Positions 12,806 through 22,466 of a DNA stretch of 40,554 nucleotides are shown here, in pieces. Source of the DNA: Gammaproteobacteria bacterium (GTDB lineage Bacteria > Pseudomonadota > Gammaproteobacteria > Nitrococcales > AK92); NCBI GenBank assembly GCA_036278215.1, contig DASULL010000339.1:1-40554 (forward strand), read 5' to 3'. How positions within the stretch are numbered: position 1 is the stretch's first letter; every line of letters starts with the position of its first letter. Under the pieces are notes generated by a model. That model saw nothing but the letters and a program-made list of their open reading frames with translations, had not been told where the DNA came from and made no database searches. The translations under genes and the position numbers were made by a program.

Positions 12806-14280
12806 CCACAGTGGTCCAGGAAATCCTGATCAACGTCACTCCACGGGAAACCCGGGTCGCCTACGTCGAAAACGGGGTGCTGCAGGAAGTCAGCATAGAG
12901 CGGGAACGGCGCCGCGGGCTGGTTGGCAATATCTATGTCGGGCGGGTGGTCCGGGTGCTGCCCGGCATGCAAGCAGCCTTCGTCGACGCCGGCCTTGCCC
13001 GCACCGCCTTCCTGCACGTTAACGACATCATTCAGCCGCCGCCCGGCGCGGAAGGTCCGCCGCTACGGCGCAGCGACAATATCAGCGAGTTGCTCACCGA
13101 ACAGCAGCGGGTGCTGGTACAGGTGGTCAAGGACCCGATCGGCAGCAAGGGTGCTCGGCTGACCACCAACATCACCATTCCGTCGCGTTATCTGGTGCTG
13201 TTGCCACATCAGCCTTCGGTGGGGGTCTCGGCCCGGATCGAGGATGAGGACGAGCGCAACCGACTGAGAAACATTGCTCAGACTTTCTTGGAGGAGGGCG
13301 ACGACAATGGCTATATCGTTCGCACCGCCGCCGAGCAAGCCGGTGCCGAAGCCTTGAGCGCCGATCGCGACTTCCTGCGCAAGCTCTGGGACTCGATCCG
13401 CCGGCGCGCCGAGCTGGCCCAGCCGGGCACGCTGGTGCATGAAGATTTACCGCTGGCGCTGCGGTCGATGCGGGACTTGCTTGCCAGCGAAGTGGAAAAA
13501 ATCCGTATCGATTCCCGGGAGAATCATCAGCGGCTGCTGGCCTTCTGCGAACAGTTCCTGCCGGAGATCGCGCCTCGCATTGAATATTATCCGGGCGAGC
13601 GGCCGATCTTTGATCTCTACGGCGTCGAAGATGAGCTGCAGAAGAGCCTGGAGCGCAAGGTGGTGCTGAAGTCGGGCGGTTATTTGATCATTGATCAGAC
13701 CGAAGCGATGACCACCATCGACGTCAATACCGGTGCTTACGTCGGTCACCGCACCCTGGAAGAGACGATTTTCAAAACCAACCTCGAGGCGGCGCAGGCG
13801 ATTGCCCGGCAGATACGGCTGCGCAACCTCGGCGGTATCATCATTCTCGATTTCATCGATATGGTGGAGGAAGAGCACAAGCGACAAGTGCTGCGGGCGC
13901 TGGAGAAGGCGCTGGAGCGGGATCACGCCAAAACCCAGATCAGCGGCGTTTCTCCGCTCGGCCTGGTGGAGATGACCCGCAAGCGTACCCGCGAGAGCCT
14001 GGAACATATCCTCTGTCAGCCCTGTCCCACCTGCATGGGCCGAGGCTCATTGAAGACCGCGGAGACGGTCTGCTACGAAATCTTTCGCGAGATCATGCGC
14101 GCGGCGCGTCAGTTCGAGGCCAAGCAGCTGCTGGTGCTGGCTTCTCAGGAGGTGGTCGATCTTATGCTCGATGAGGAGAGCACGACCGTTGCCCAATTGG
14201 AAGAATTCATCGGTCGTCCGATCAAGCTCCAGCCTGAGCCTTTGTATGCGCAGGAGCAGTTCGACGTCGTGTTGATGTAG
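12799..14280 (+). CDS. rng: Ribonuclease G
   Basis: 493 aa with TTG start (alternative GTG 12811). It has an S1 domain (GNIYVGRVVRVLPGMQAAFVDAG) and the RNase E/G catalytic core (IDVNTG, IIILDFIDM). The maf-rng-yhdP order matches E. coli and Pseudomonas. Confidence 0.92.
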   Translation: MVATVVQEILINVTPRETRVAYVENGVLQEVSIERERRRGLVGNIYVGRVVRVLPGMQAAFVDAGLARTAFLHVNDIIQPPPGAEGPPLRRSDNISELLTEQQRVLVQVVKDPIGSKGARLTTNITIPSRYLVLLPHQPSVGVSARIEDEDERNRLRNIAQTFLEEGDDNGYIVRTAAEQAGAEALSADRDFLRKLWDSIRRRAELAQPGTLVHEDLPLALRSMRDLLASEVEKIRIDSRENHQRLLAFCEQFLPEIAPRIEYYPGERPIFDLYGVEDELQKSLERKVVLKSGGYLIIDQTEAMTTIDVNTGAYVGHRTLEETIFKTNLEAAQAIARQIRLRNLGGIIILDFIDMVEEEHKRQVLRALEKALERDHAKTQISGVSPLGLVEMTRKRTRESLEHILCQPCPTCMGRGSLKTAETVCYEIFREIMRAARQFEAKQLLVLASQEVVDLMLDEESTTVAQLEEFIGRPIKLQPEPLYAQEQFDVVLM

Positions 14281-14308
14281 TCGCGGTTGACCGCGGCGGG
14301 AGAACTGC

Positions 14309-17300
14309 TTGCGCAGGTCCTGGTTGGTAAGATTAAGACGCAGCTTGGCTGCTTTGCTGGTCACGGCGTTGGTGCTAATCGCGGTGAGCATGAGCTTGCT
14401 GCGGCTTGCCGTCGCCTACGCGCCACAGTTGCGCGGCGAAGTCGAGCGTGTGCTGACGCAGGCGCTGGAGCGGCCGCTGACGCTTGGCGGTATGCGCGCT
14501 TCCTGGGCTGGGCGGCATCCCCGCCTTATTCTTGAAGATGTCCGGCTGACCGGCGGACCGTTAACCGGGCTGGAAATCCCGGAGTTGGAGGTCGATGTCG
14601 ACCTCTTGCATTCGCTGCAGACCATGCAGCTGCAGCTGGCTCATGTGGCCGTCTCAGGGCTGGAGGTGCGGGCGAGCTACGAAGCCGACGGTTCCTTGCA
14701 GGTAACCAGGGTAGGCAACGCCAGCATCTCCTCGGATGCTCTAGGCGACGACCAGGGGCCGCGGCGTTTGCCGGCCCGCGTCCAGCTGCGCGACGCCAAT
14801 GTTCAGCTGACCGATGTCCCCGCCGGCACCACCTACCGGTTGAGCCTAGTAGATCTCGATCTCACCGACACGGGCGACGGTTACGCCCTGGCCGGTTACG
14901 TGCCGCTGCCGGATGCACTTGGCCAGAGCGTCCGCTTTCGTGCCGAGTGGCGTGGTCAGCAAGGCGCCGAGGATTTTTCCGGGAGGCTCTACGTCGATGC
15001 CCGGCGGCTGCGGCTGCAGCCCTTGTCGGCTTTACTCTCTCGGATAGCGCCGGTGCCGGCGGTGCGCGGCACCGCCCAGGTCGAACTGTGGGCAGACCTC
15101 ACTCCGCGAGGGGTGGAGCAAGCGAGCGGGCGACTAACCCTGAGCGGCGCTGCGCTGCCGGATGAAGCGCAGCGCTGGCAGACCGTTGCCGACCAACTGA
15201 AGAGCGATTTCCATTGGCGCCAGCAGCCGGACGGCTGGGAGCTGGCAGTGGCCGATCTGATGGTCGCCTCGTCTTACCGGGTGTGGCCCGCTACGCAACT
15301 GGCGCTGCGCTTGCGCCGCGAGGCGGGCCGGCAGACGCTGGAGTTGGCCGGCAACTATCTGCATCTGGGCGATCTAGCGGCCGGGGCTGCCGTACTGCCG
15401 TTCACCCCGCAGCCGATCCGGCAGTGGCTGGCAACCGCCAAGCCGACAGCGGAGCTGCTCCAGCCGCAGCTGGCGCTAAGTTGGGGCGCGGACGGCCTGG
15501 AGGACTTTTCTGGGCACGCAGAGTTCCGTGCTGCCGGCCTCCGCCCGGTCGGATCTCTGCCTGGCGCAACCGGGCTTGCCGGCGAAATTGAGGCTGACCG
15601 TGCCGGCGGGCGTTTGCGCATCGATACACAGCAGCCCGGCGAGTTGCTGTTTGCCGGATTGTTTCGTACCCCGCTGCCATTTCATAGCCTCCAGGGTGAG
15701 GCCTTCTGGCGGCTGGATGACGGTGGTGGCTGGACCCTGGAAGCGCCCATGATCGCAGCAGCCAACGGCGACGGGCGCGCCCAGGCGCGAGTGCGCTTGA
15801 TTGGGGATGGGCAGGGTGCGCCTTTCATTGATCTGCGCGCACAGGTGGCCGACGGCAAAGGCGCGAGCGTGTCGCGTTACATGCCGGTGTCGGTACTGCC
15901 CGCCGAGGTCGTTAAATGGCTGGATGAGGCGGGCATCAACGCCCATGTGCCGCAGGCCGATGTCCTGCTGTTTGGCCGCGTCAACGAGTTCCCCTTCACC
16001 AGGGGGACGGGGCTATTTCATGTCCAAGCCGACTTTGCCGATGCCAGACTGGACTACCAGGCGGGTTGGCCCGCGGTGGAGTCGGCGGCCGGTCAGCTAC
16101 GTTTCGTCGGCGACAGCATGGATATACGAATCGACAGCGGCCGGGTTCATGGCGCGGCCATCGAGCAGGCGCGAGCCCGGATCGACAAACTGGGCGACGC
16201 GCCGCTGCTGATCAACGGCAAGCTGCGCGGCAGCGGCCAACAACTGCTCGGCTTCCTGAGCGACTCGCCGCTGGGGAGCGGAATCAGAAGCCAACTGGCC
16301 GATATGCGGCTTGGCGGCACTCATGGCGTCGATCTGCGTCTGCGCATTCCTTTTGAATCCGATCCGCAGGTCCAGGTACAGGGCAGCATCGCCCTCAACC
16401 AAGCAAGCTATCAGGTGCCGAAATGGGATCTAGCCCTGGATCAGCTGCAAGGCCGGGTGAACTTTACCGAGCGTGGAGTGATGGCGGAGCGGATTACCGC
16501 CCGTTACCGCGGCGCCCCTGTTGTCCTTACCGCTGAGACCGGTACGCTGAGGGGGCGCGAGCAGATCCGCGTTTCCGGGCAGCTGCGGACGTCGCTGGAG
16601 ACCCTGCTCGGCCGGGATGCCCCACCTGGGGTGGAAGGACTTACCGACTGGGATGTAGAGCTGCTGCTGCCGGGCTTTCAGGCTCCGCCCGCGGCCGGTG
16701 CGGCATTGCTGGAGCTGCTGGTGAGTTCGGAGCTGCAAGGCATCGCGGTTGCTCTGCCGGCGCCATTCGGCAAACCTGCTGCCGAGGCGCGCCTGTTGCG
16801 TTTGTCTGTCCCGGTACGGGAGGCGGGCGCCGGACCGGCGCGACTGGATTATGGGGAAGATGTGCACGCTCTGCTTGGGTTCTCCCCGGACAGCTTAGAG
16901 CTTTCCCGCGCAGCCATCGAATTCGGTCCCGGTGAGCCGGTGTTACCGCGGCATGGACTGGCGATAGGCGGTGTGCTCGAGTCGCTCGATCTGGACGACT
17001 GGCAACAGTCGGCGGCAGAGGTTGAGGAAGATGCCGCTGCGGCCGGCGGGCTTAGGTTGCAGCTTGCTGATGTCCAGATCGGCCAACTTCGCGCGATGGG
17101 ACAGGAATTCGCCAACACCAGCGTACGGGTACAGCCGAGCGGCGACGATTGGGCGATCGCGCTTGCCGGTCCGGATGTCGCCGGCAACGTTGTGCTGCCG
17201 GCTGAGCCGAATGCCCCGATCGTGGCGCGGCTCGAGCGGTTGCGGCTGCAGACAGGTAGCGCGGGGCGCGGCGCGCCGGCGACGAGCAAACCGAGCATGG

Positions 17301-18163
17301 CGGAGTTGCCGCCTTTGGATGTGGCAGTTGCCAATCTGGCGGTGCGGGATCAGACACTAGGCCAGCTGGAGCTGGTGACACGCTCCAGCGCTGCCGGCGT
17401 TTCCCTGGAGCGAGCCCGGATTAGCGGTCCGCTGCTTGAGTTGAACCTGGCTGGCGGCTCGGATCGAGCGTCTGCCCGGTCCCACCTGACGGCGACCTTG
17501 AGCAGCCGCAATGTCGGCAAACTGCTTGACGCTCTCGGTTATACCGACGCTATGCAGGGCGGTGTGGCCCAGGGCAACATGAACGTGGCTTGGGATGGCC
17601 AGTTGCCGGATTTCTCCCTGCCGGCGCTGGAAGGGGTGTTGAACCTGAGTCTGCGTAATGGCCAGATCCTCAAAGTCGAGCCTGGCGCCGGCCGTTTGTT
17701 CGGTCTGCTCAGTATTGGCGACTTGCCGCGGCGCCTGAGCCTGGATTTCTCCGACCTGTTCGGCAAAGGCTTTGCCTATGATCGGATCGAGGCGCGCCTG
17801 CAGCTTGCCGAGGGCAATGCCTATACCCGGCAGTTTTATATGCAGGGCCCGGCGGCACGGGTTGAGCTGGATGGGCGCATCGGCCTTGCCGCCCGGGACT
17901 ATGATCAGCGCGTTACCGTCACCCCTAATGTCTCTACCACGCTGCCGGCCATAGGAGCGGTTGCCGCCGGACCGGTAGGCGCAGTTGCCGGCTTTGTGAC
18001 GCAGAAATTACTGCAGAACGAAATCAATAAGCTGTCGCGCTACAGATATCGGGTTGCCGGCAGTTGGGATTCGCCCGAGATCGAGGCGTTGTCATCCGAC
18101 TCAGGCCCTACTGAGGTTGCGGCGCCCACTGAGGTGGAAACACAGGAGCTTGCGATCCAATGA
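14309..18163 (+). CDS. yhdP: YhdP-family (AsmA-like) envelope-spanning protein
   Basis: 1284 aa with TTG start. It has an N-terminal membrane anchor (LAALLVTALVLIAVSMSLL). Its size, repetitive beta-rich composition, C-terminal region and position directly after rng match YhdP. Confidence 0.8.
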   Translation: MRRSWLVRLRRSLAALLVTALVLIAVSMSLLRLAVAYAPQLRGEVERVLTQALERPLTLGGMRASWAGRHPRLILEDVRLTGGPLTGLEIPELEVDVDLLHSLQTMQLQLAHVAVSGLEVRASYEADGSLQVTRVGNASISSDALGDDQGPRRLPARVQLRDANVQLTDVPAGTTYRLSLVDLDLTDTGDGYALAGYVPLPDALGQSVRFRAEWRGQQGAEDFSGRLYVDARRLRLQPLSALLSRIAPVPAVRGTAQVELWADLTPRGVEQASGRLTLSGAALPDEAQRWQTVADQLKSDFHWRQQPDGWELAVADLMVASSYRVWPATQLALRLRREAGRQTLELAGNYLHLGDLAAGAAVLPFTPQPIRQWLATAKPTAELLQPQLALSWGADGLEDFSGHAEFRAAGLRPVGSLPGATGLAGEIEADRAGGRLRIDTQQPGELLFAGLFRTPLPFHSLQGEAFWRLDDGGGWTLEAPMIAAANGDGRAQARVRLIGDGQGAPFIDLRAQVADGKGASVSRYMPVSVLPAEVVKWLDEAGINAHVPQADVLLFGRVNEFPFTRGTGLFHVQADFADARLDYQAGWPAVESAAGQLRFVGDSMDIRIDSGRVHGAAIEQARARIDKLGDAPLLINGKLRGSGQQLLGFLSDSPLGSGIRSQLADMRLGGTHGVDLRLRIPFESDPQVQVQGSIALNQASYQVPKWDLALDQLQGRVNFTERGVMAERITARYRGAPVVLTAETGTLRGREQIRVSGQLRTSLETLLGRDAPPGVEGLTDWDVELLLPGFQAPPAAGAALLELLVSSELQGIAVALPAPFGKPAAEARLLRLSVPVREAGAGPARLDYGEDVHALLGFSPDSLELSRAAIEFGPGEPVLPRHGLAIGGVLESLDLDDWQQSAAEVEEDAAAAGGLRLQLADVQIGQLRAMGQEFANTSVRVQPSGDDWAIALAGPDVAGNVVLPAEPNAPIVARLERLRLQTGSAGRGAPATSKPSMAELPPLDVAVANLAVRDQTLGQLELVTRSSAAGVSLERARISGPLLELNLAGGSDRASARSHLTATLSSRNVGKLLDALGYTDAMQGGVAQGNMNVAWDGQLPDFSLPALEGVLNLSLRNGQILKVEPGAGRLFGLLSIGDLPRRLSLDFSDLFGKGFAYDRIEARLQLAEGNAYTRQFYMQGPAARVELDGRIGLAARDYDQRVTVTPNVSTTLPAIGAVAAGPVGAVAGFVTQKLLQNEINKLSRYRYRVAGSWDSPEIEALSSDSGPTEVAAPTEVETQELAIQ

Positions 18164-18981
18164 AAATGCCGGTGCGGGTCGCTGCGGTACAAATGGTGAG
18201 CGGGACGGCGATCGCGGAAAACCTGCGGCAGGCGGAGACGCTGATCACGCAGGCGGCCGCCGCTGGGGCGGCGCTGGTGGCGCTGCCCGAGAATTTTGCC
18301 TTGATGGGGCAGCATGAGCGCGACAAGCTGGCCGTAGCGGAAACCGAAGGTGATGCGGGGCCGATCCAGGGCTTCCTGGCTGCCCAGGCCCGCCGCCATG
18401 GCATCTGGCTGGTCGGAGGTACCATTCCGCTGCTTAGCGGCAGCGCCGAGCGGGTACATGCGGCCTGCCTGACCTACGGTCCGACCGGCGCCTGTGTCGG
18501 CCGCTATGACAAGATCCACCTGTTCGATGTCGAGGTGGCCGAGCAGGAAGCTTATCGTGAGTCCGCGACGATAGCGGCCGGGGAGCCGCAGCCGGTATTC
18601 GTCGATACCGCCGTTGGCCGGTTGGGACTGACGGTTTGCTACGATCTGCGCTTTCCGGAACTCTTTCGTCTGCTGGCAGCCCAAGGTGTGGAGTTGCTGG
18701 CAGTGCCATCCGCCTTTACTGCTACCACAGGCGCCGCTCATTGGCAGGTGCTGATACGGGCCCGAGCTATTGAGAATCAATGCATCGTCATCGCCCCGGG
18801 GCAGGGCGGCCGGCATGCCAACGGCCGTGAAACCCACGGGGAGAGCATGATCGTCGGACCTTGGGGCGAAATCCTGGCGCAAGTAGACAAAGGCCCCGAT
18901 ATTGCCATTGCCGAGGTCGACCTGGATCGACTTCATCAATTACGCCACCGCTTTCCAGCGCTGGCACATCGTCGTCTGTAG
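18160..18981 (+). CDS. Carbon-nitrogen hydrolase (nitrilase superfamily, Nit1/omega-amidase-like)
   Basis: 273 aa. The Glu-Lys-Cys catalytic triad contexts are present ([25 protein letters not shown]). The start overlaps the yhdP stop (ATGA). Confidence 0.85.
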   Translation: MKMPVRVAAVQMVSGTAIAENLRQAETLITQAAAAGAALVALPENFALMGQHERDKLAVAETEGDAGPIQGFLAAQARRHGIWLVGGTIPLLSGSAERVHAACLTYGPTGACVGRYDKIHLFDVEVAEQEAYRESATIAAGEPQPVFVDTAVGRLGLTVCYDLRFPELFRLLAAQGVELLAVPSAFTATTGAAHWQVLIRARAIENQCIVIAPGQGGRHANGRETHGESMIVGPWGEILAQVDKGPDIAIAEVDLDRLHQLRHRFPALAHRRL

Positions 18982-19021
18982 ATGCCGCCTGTTCGGCGTC
19001 CACGAGATGCATGAGGACTAC

Positions 19022-20476
19022 ATGAGCGAAACCGCTGCCAACAATCTGCAACTGGTACGCAATCACCTCCTGGAGCCGGCCGGCCTGTCCGAGATCGAGC
19101 TGGAACGGGTCTTTCAGCAATTGATGGCGCCAGGGATCGATAACGCCGATCTGTTCTTCCAGGCAACCCGCCACGAAGGCTGGGTCCTGGAGGACGGGAT
19201 CGTCAAGGAGGGCAGCCGCAGCCTCGATCAGGGCGTTGGCGTGCGGGCCATCAGCGGCGAGAAGACCGGCTTTGCCTACTCCGACGAAATCCTACTGCCG
19301 GCGCTGCTGGAAGCCTCCGGCGCCGCCCGTGCCATTGCCCGCAGCGGTGAAAGCCAGCGTCTGCGGGCTTGGCAGTCCGGCGGCGGGCTGGCGCTGTATC
19401 AGCCGCTCAATCCGCTGGAATCGCTGACCGCCGAAGACAAGATCGCCCTGCTGCGGCGGCTGGATGCCGAGGCGCGGCGACTGGACCCGCGGGTCGAGCA
19501 AGTGATCGTCAGCCTTGCCGCCGTGCACGACATGATCCTGCTCGCTAACAGCGATGGCCGCCTCAGTGCCGATGTGCGGCCGCTGGTGCGGCTCAATGTC
19601 AGCGTCATCGCCCAGCAGAACGGCCGGCGCGAGAACGGCTCTTCCGGCGGCGGCGGGCGCTTCGGTTATGAGTACTTTCTGGAAGGCGACCGGGCATTCA
19701 CTTACGTGCGGGAGGCAGTGCGGCAGGCGCTGCTGAACCTGGAAGCGGTGGAGGCTCCGGCCGGTACCATGCCGGTGGTGCTCGGCCCTGGCTGGCCGGG
19801 AGTGCTGTTGCATGAAGCGATAGGCCACGGCCTGGAAGGCGATTTCAACCGCAAGGGTACTTCGGCTTTTGCCGGCCGAGTTGGCGAGCGGGTAGCCTCG
19901 CCGCTGTGCACGGTGGTCGACGACGGTACGCTGGATCGTCGCCGCGGCTCACTCAACATCGATGACGAAGGCACCCCGACTCAGTGCACCACGCTGATCG
20001 AAAAAGGCGTGCTGAAGGGGTATATGCAGGACTCCTTGAATGCACGGCTGATGGGCACTGTCTCGACCGGCAACGGCCGCCGTGAATCCTATGCCCACCT
20101 GCCCATGCCGCGCATGACCAACACCTATATGCTGGCCGGCCCGCACGATCCGCAGGAGATTATCCGTTCGGTGAAAAAGGGCCTGTACGCGGTCAATTTC
20201 GGTGGTGGCCAGGTAGATATCACCTCCGGCAAATTCGTGTTCTCGGCGAGCGAGGCTTATCTGATCGAGGACGGCAAGGTCACTCGGCCGGTAAAAGGAG
20301 CCACGCTCATCGGCAGCGGTCCGGAAGTGCTTACCCGGGTCAGCATGGTCGGTAACGACCTGCAGCTCGACGGCGGTATCGGCACCTGCGGCAAGAACGG
20401 GCAGAGCGTCCCGGTTGGAGTCGGCCAGCCGACGCTGAAGATCGACGCCATGACGGTCGGCGGCACGGCAGCGTGA
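19022..20476 (+). CDS. tldD: Metalloprotease TldD
   Basis: I place the start at ATG 19022 ([22 protein letters not shown]), preceded by GAGGA, giving 484 aa. It carries the [11 protein letters not shown] zinc motif. The ORF-track start at 18902 would overlap the upstream gene. Confidence 0.92.
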   Translation: MSETAANNLQLVRNHLLEPAGLSEIELERVFQQLMAPGIDNADLFFQATRHEGWVLEDGIVKEGSRSLDQGVGVRAISGEKTGFAYSDEILLPALLEASGAARAIARSGESQRLRAWQSGGGLALYQPLNPLESLTAEDKIALLRRLDAEARRLDPRVEQVIVSLAAVHDMILLANSDGRLSADVRPLVRLNVSVIAQQNGRRENGSSGGGGRFGYEYFLEGDRAFTYVREAVRQALLNLEAVEAPAGTMPVVLGPGWPGVLLHEAIGHGLEGDFNRKGTSAFAGRVGERVASPLCTVVDDGTLDRRRGSLNIDDEGTPTQCTTLIEKGVLKGYMQDSLNARLMGTVSTGNGRRESYAHLPMPRMTNTYMLAGPHDPQEIIRSVKKGLYAVNFGGGQVDITSGKFVFSASEAYLIEDGKVTRPVKGATLIGSGPEVLTRVSMVGNDLQLDGGIGTCGKNGQSVPVGVGQPTLKIDAMTVGGTAA

Positions 20477-20481
20477 AGATT

Positions 20482-20582
20482 AAAGGCATTCACCACCAAG
20501 GCACAAAGGGCACCAAGGAACACAAAGATAAGACTCTTGCTTTGTGTATCTTCGTCCCGTTCGTGTCTTCGTGTTCAGTCTT
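20482..20582 (+). repeat. Long imperfect palindromic intergenic element, copy A (CACNAAG heptad-based)
   Basis: Left arm: CACCACCAAGG CACAAAGGG CACCAAGGAA CACAAAG. A 12-nt loop follows. Right arm: CTTTGTG TATCTTCGTCCCGTTCGTG TCTTCGTG. By hand count, about 32 of 40 positions between 20488 and 20579 can pair, including G-T. It shares an identical 20-mer, GGCATTCACCACCAAGGCAC (20485-20504), with copy B. Confidence 0.75.
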
Positions 20583-20600
20583 CGACTTCGAGGAGTAGTA

Positions 20601-21959
20601 ATGGCGATCGCGGACATGGCACCCGCCCAGGCTGGGCTGCCGCCGAAGGAAGTTTTGGAAGAGCTGGTCAGCCTGGCGCTGGCCGAGGCGAAGAAGCAGG
20701 GCGCGAGCGCCGCCGAGGCTGGTGCGAGCGTCGATATCGGCCTGTCAGTGAACGTCCGCAAGAGCGAGGTCGATACGCTGGAGCACCAGCGCGATCGCGG
20801 CTTGGGTGTCACGGTGTACTTCGGCCAGCGCAAGGGCAGTGCCAGTTCGTCGGATTTCCGCAGGAGCTCTATCGTCGAGACGGTACAGGCCGCCTGCGCC
20901 ATTGCCCGTCATACTTCTGAAGATCCGTTCCAAGGGCTGGCTGATCCTGATCTGCTGGCGCGCGAGATCCCGGACCTCGATCTGTACCACCCGTGGGAGC
21001 TGGAAGCCGAGCAGGCGATCCAGTTGGCCCGCGAGTGTGAAGCAGCCGCTTTGACGGTCGATCCCAGAATCTGTAATTCCGATGGTGCCGAGGTTTCCAG
21101 CCATACCGGTCTGCGGGTCTACGGCAACAGTCACGGCTTCCTTGCTGGTTACGCGGCCTCGCGCCACAGCTTGAGCTGTATGGTGGTCGGCAAGGAAGGC
21201 GACGCCATGCAGCGCGACTATTGGTATACCACCTCACGGGTACCGGCTGCGCTGGAAGAGGCTGGCAGCGTTGGGCGGACTGCGGCAGCACGCACGCTGC
21301 GGCGGCTGGGGGCCCGCCGGCTGGCGACTATGACTGCGCCGGTGCTGTACGCGCCGGAGGTGGCGCGCGGACTGCTCGGCAGCTTCATAGGCGCTATCAG
21401 CGGCGGGGCGCTGTACCGCAAGGCGAGCTTTTTGCTTGACCATCTTGGCAAGCCGGTCTTTCCGGAATTTGTCCATATCGAAGAGCAACCGCACCGGCTG
21501 CGCGGCCTTGGCAGCGCCCCGTTCGACCAGGAAGGCGTCGCTACCCGGCAGCGTACTTTGGTCGAGGGGGGAGTGCTGCAGAGCTACGTGCTATCCAGCT
21601 ATTCCGCCCGCAAGCTTGGCCTGCGCAGCACCGGCAACGCCGGCGGCGTGCGCAACCTGTTGATCCAGCCGGGCGAGCTTGATTTCCAGGGACTGCTGCG
21701 TGAAATGGGGCGTGGGCTGGTCGTCACCGAATTGATGGGGCAGGGCGTCAACACCCTGACCGGCGATTACTCCCGCGGTGCCAGCGGCTTCTGGGTTGAA
21801 AACGGTGAGATCGCCTACCCGGTGCAGGAGATCACGGTGGCCGGCAATCTGCGCGACATGCTGCGCCAGCTGCGGGCGGTTGGCAATGACGTCGACACCC
21901 GTGGCAACATCCTTACCGGCTCGCTGCTGATCGACGGTATGACCATCGCAGGAGAGTAG
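20601..21959 (+). CDS. pmbA: Metalloprotease PmbA (TldE)
   Basis: I place the start at ATG 20601 (MAIADMAPAQ), preceded by GAGGAG (20590-20595), giving 452 aa. It is a PmbA/TldD-family sequence without the HExxH motif, as expected for PmbA. The ORF-track GTG at 20544 lies inside a repeat element. Confidence 0.9.
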   Translation: MAIADMAPAQAGLPPKEVLEELVSLALAEAKKQGASAAEAGASVDIGLSVNVRKSEVDTLEHQRDRGLGVTVYFGQRKGSASSSDFRRSSIVETVQAACAIARHTSEDPFQGLADPDLLAREIPDLDLYHPWELEAEQAIQLARECEAAALTVDPRICNSDGAEVSSHTGLRVYGNSHGFLAGYAASRHSLSCMVVGKEGDAMQRDYWYTTSRVPAALEEAGSVGRTAAARTLRRLGARRLATMTAPVLYAPEVARGLLGSFIGAISGGALYRKASFLLDHLGKPVFPEFVHIEEQPHRLRGLGSAPFDQEGVATRQRTLVEGGVLQSYVLSSYSARKLGLRSTGNAGGVRNLLIQPGELDFQGLLREMGRGLVVTELMGQGVNTLTGDYSRGASGFWVENGEIAYPVQEITVAGNLRDMLRQLRAVGNDVDTRGNILTGSLLIDGMTIAGE

Positions 21960-22132
21960 GGGGAACTCTCACCACAGAGACGCAGAGGGCACAGAGGGGA
22001 AGAAGAGAAAGGGCATTCACCACCAAGGCACCAAGCACACAAAGAAAGAATTTTCACTTTGTGTCCCTTTGTGGCCTTCGTGTCTTTGTGTTGAGTTCCC
22101 CCGTCTTCCTCTACGCCTCTGTGGCGAATACC
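21959..22132 (+). repeat. Composite or nested palindromic intergenic element, copy B (same family as 20482-20582)
   Basis: The perfect 10-bp outer inverted repeat GGGGGAACTC (21959-21968) pairs with GAGTTCCCCC (22093-22102). The stem extends to 21999/22064, with about 36 of 39 aligned positions pairing by hand count, 5 of them G-T. The 20-mer GGCATTCACCACCAAGGCAC lies at 22012-22031. The inner hairpin is CACAAAG (22038-22044) with CTTTGTG (22057-22063). A diverged inverted head motif lies at 22116-22132. Confidence 0.75.
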
Positions 22133-22138
22133 TCCGCC

Positions 22139-22408
22139 TTATTCCCCTTCCCCAAACCGGCTCCTGACCAGCCCATCAAGGGCTTCCAAGGCCGCTTCCG
22201 CGTCGGGGCCCTCGGCGCTCAGCAGCAGAGTAGTGCCGCGGCCGGCAGCCAACATCATGATCCCCATGATGCTCTTGCCGTTCACCTCGCGTTTGCCTTT
22301 GCTAAGCCGGATCTGCGACTGAAAGGTGGAGGCGAGCGTGACGAACTTGCTGGCAGCGCGCGCATGCAATCCCAGCTTGTTGATCACGCGAATTTCCCGG
22401 CTCGGCAC
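22139..22408 (-). CDS. ptsO: HPr-family phosphocarrier protein (NPr)
   Basis: 89 aa with GTG start, preceded by AAGGAG. The active-site His15 context (LGLHARAA) and the Ser46 context (NGKSIMGIMML) are both present. Confidence 0.88.
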   Translation of the reverse strand: MPSREIRVINKLGLHARAASKFVTLASTFQSQIRLSKGKREVNGKSIMGIMMLAAGRGTTLLLSAEGPDAEAALEALDGLVRSRFGEGE

Positions 22409-22466
22409 GTGATGTTATCTCCTTTCGATGCGTTGGCTCGGGGCTGGCTCGCTGAGAAACAAGCTC

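Noticed and set aside
18902-19021. An N-terminal extension of the tldD ORF (start 18902) overlapping the C-N hydrolase gene by 80 nt. Similar extensions occur for leuS (4939), hpf (25171), kdsC (29224), hisG (34967) and pmbA (20544).
   Set aside because: The extensions have no homology-like sequence and overlap upstream genes or repeats. Internal ATGs with a Shine-Dalgarno sequence and family-typical N-termini give proteins of the expected length.
20482-22132. The possibility that the CACNAAG-type repeats are a CRISPR array.
   Set aside because: The units are only 7-10 nt long, degenerate and arranged as inverted arms. They do not form regularly spaced direct repeats with unique spacers, and no cas genes are nearby.
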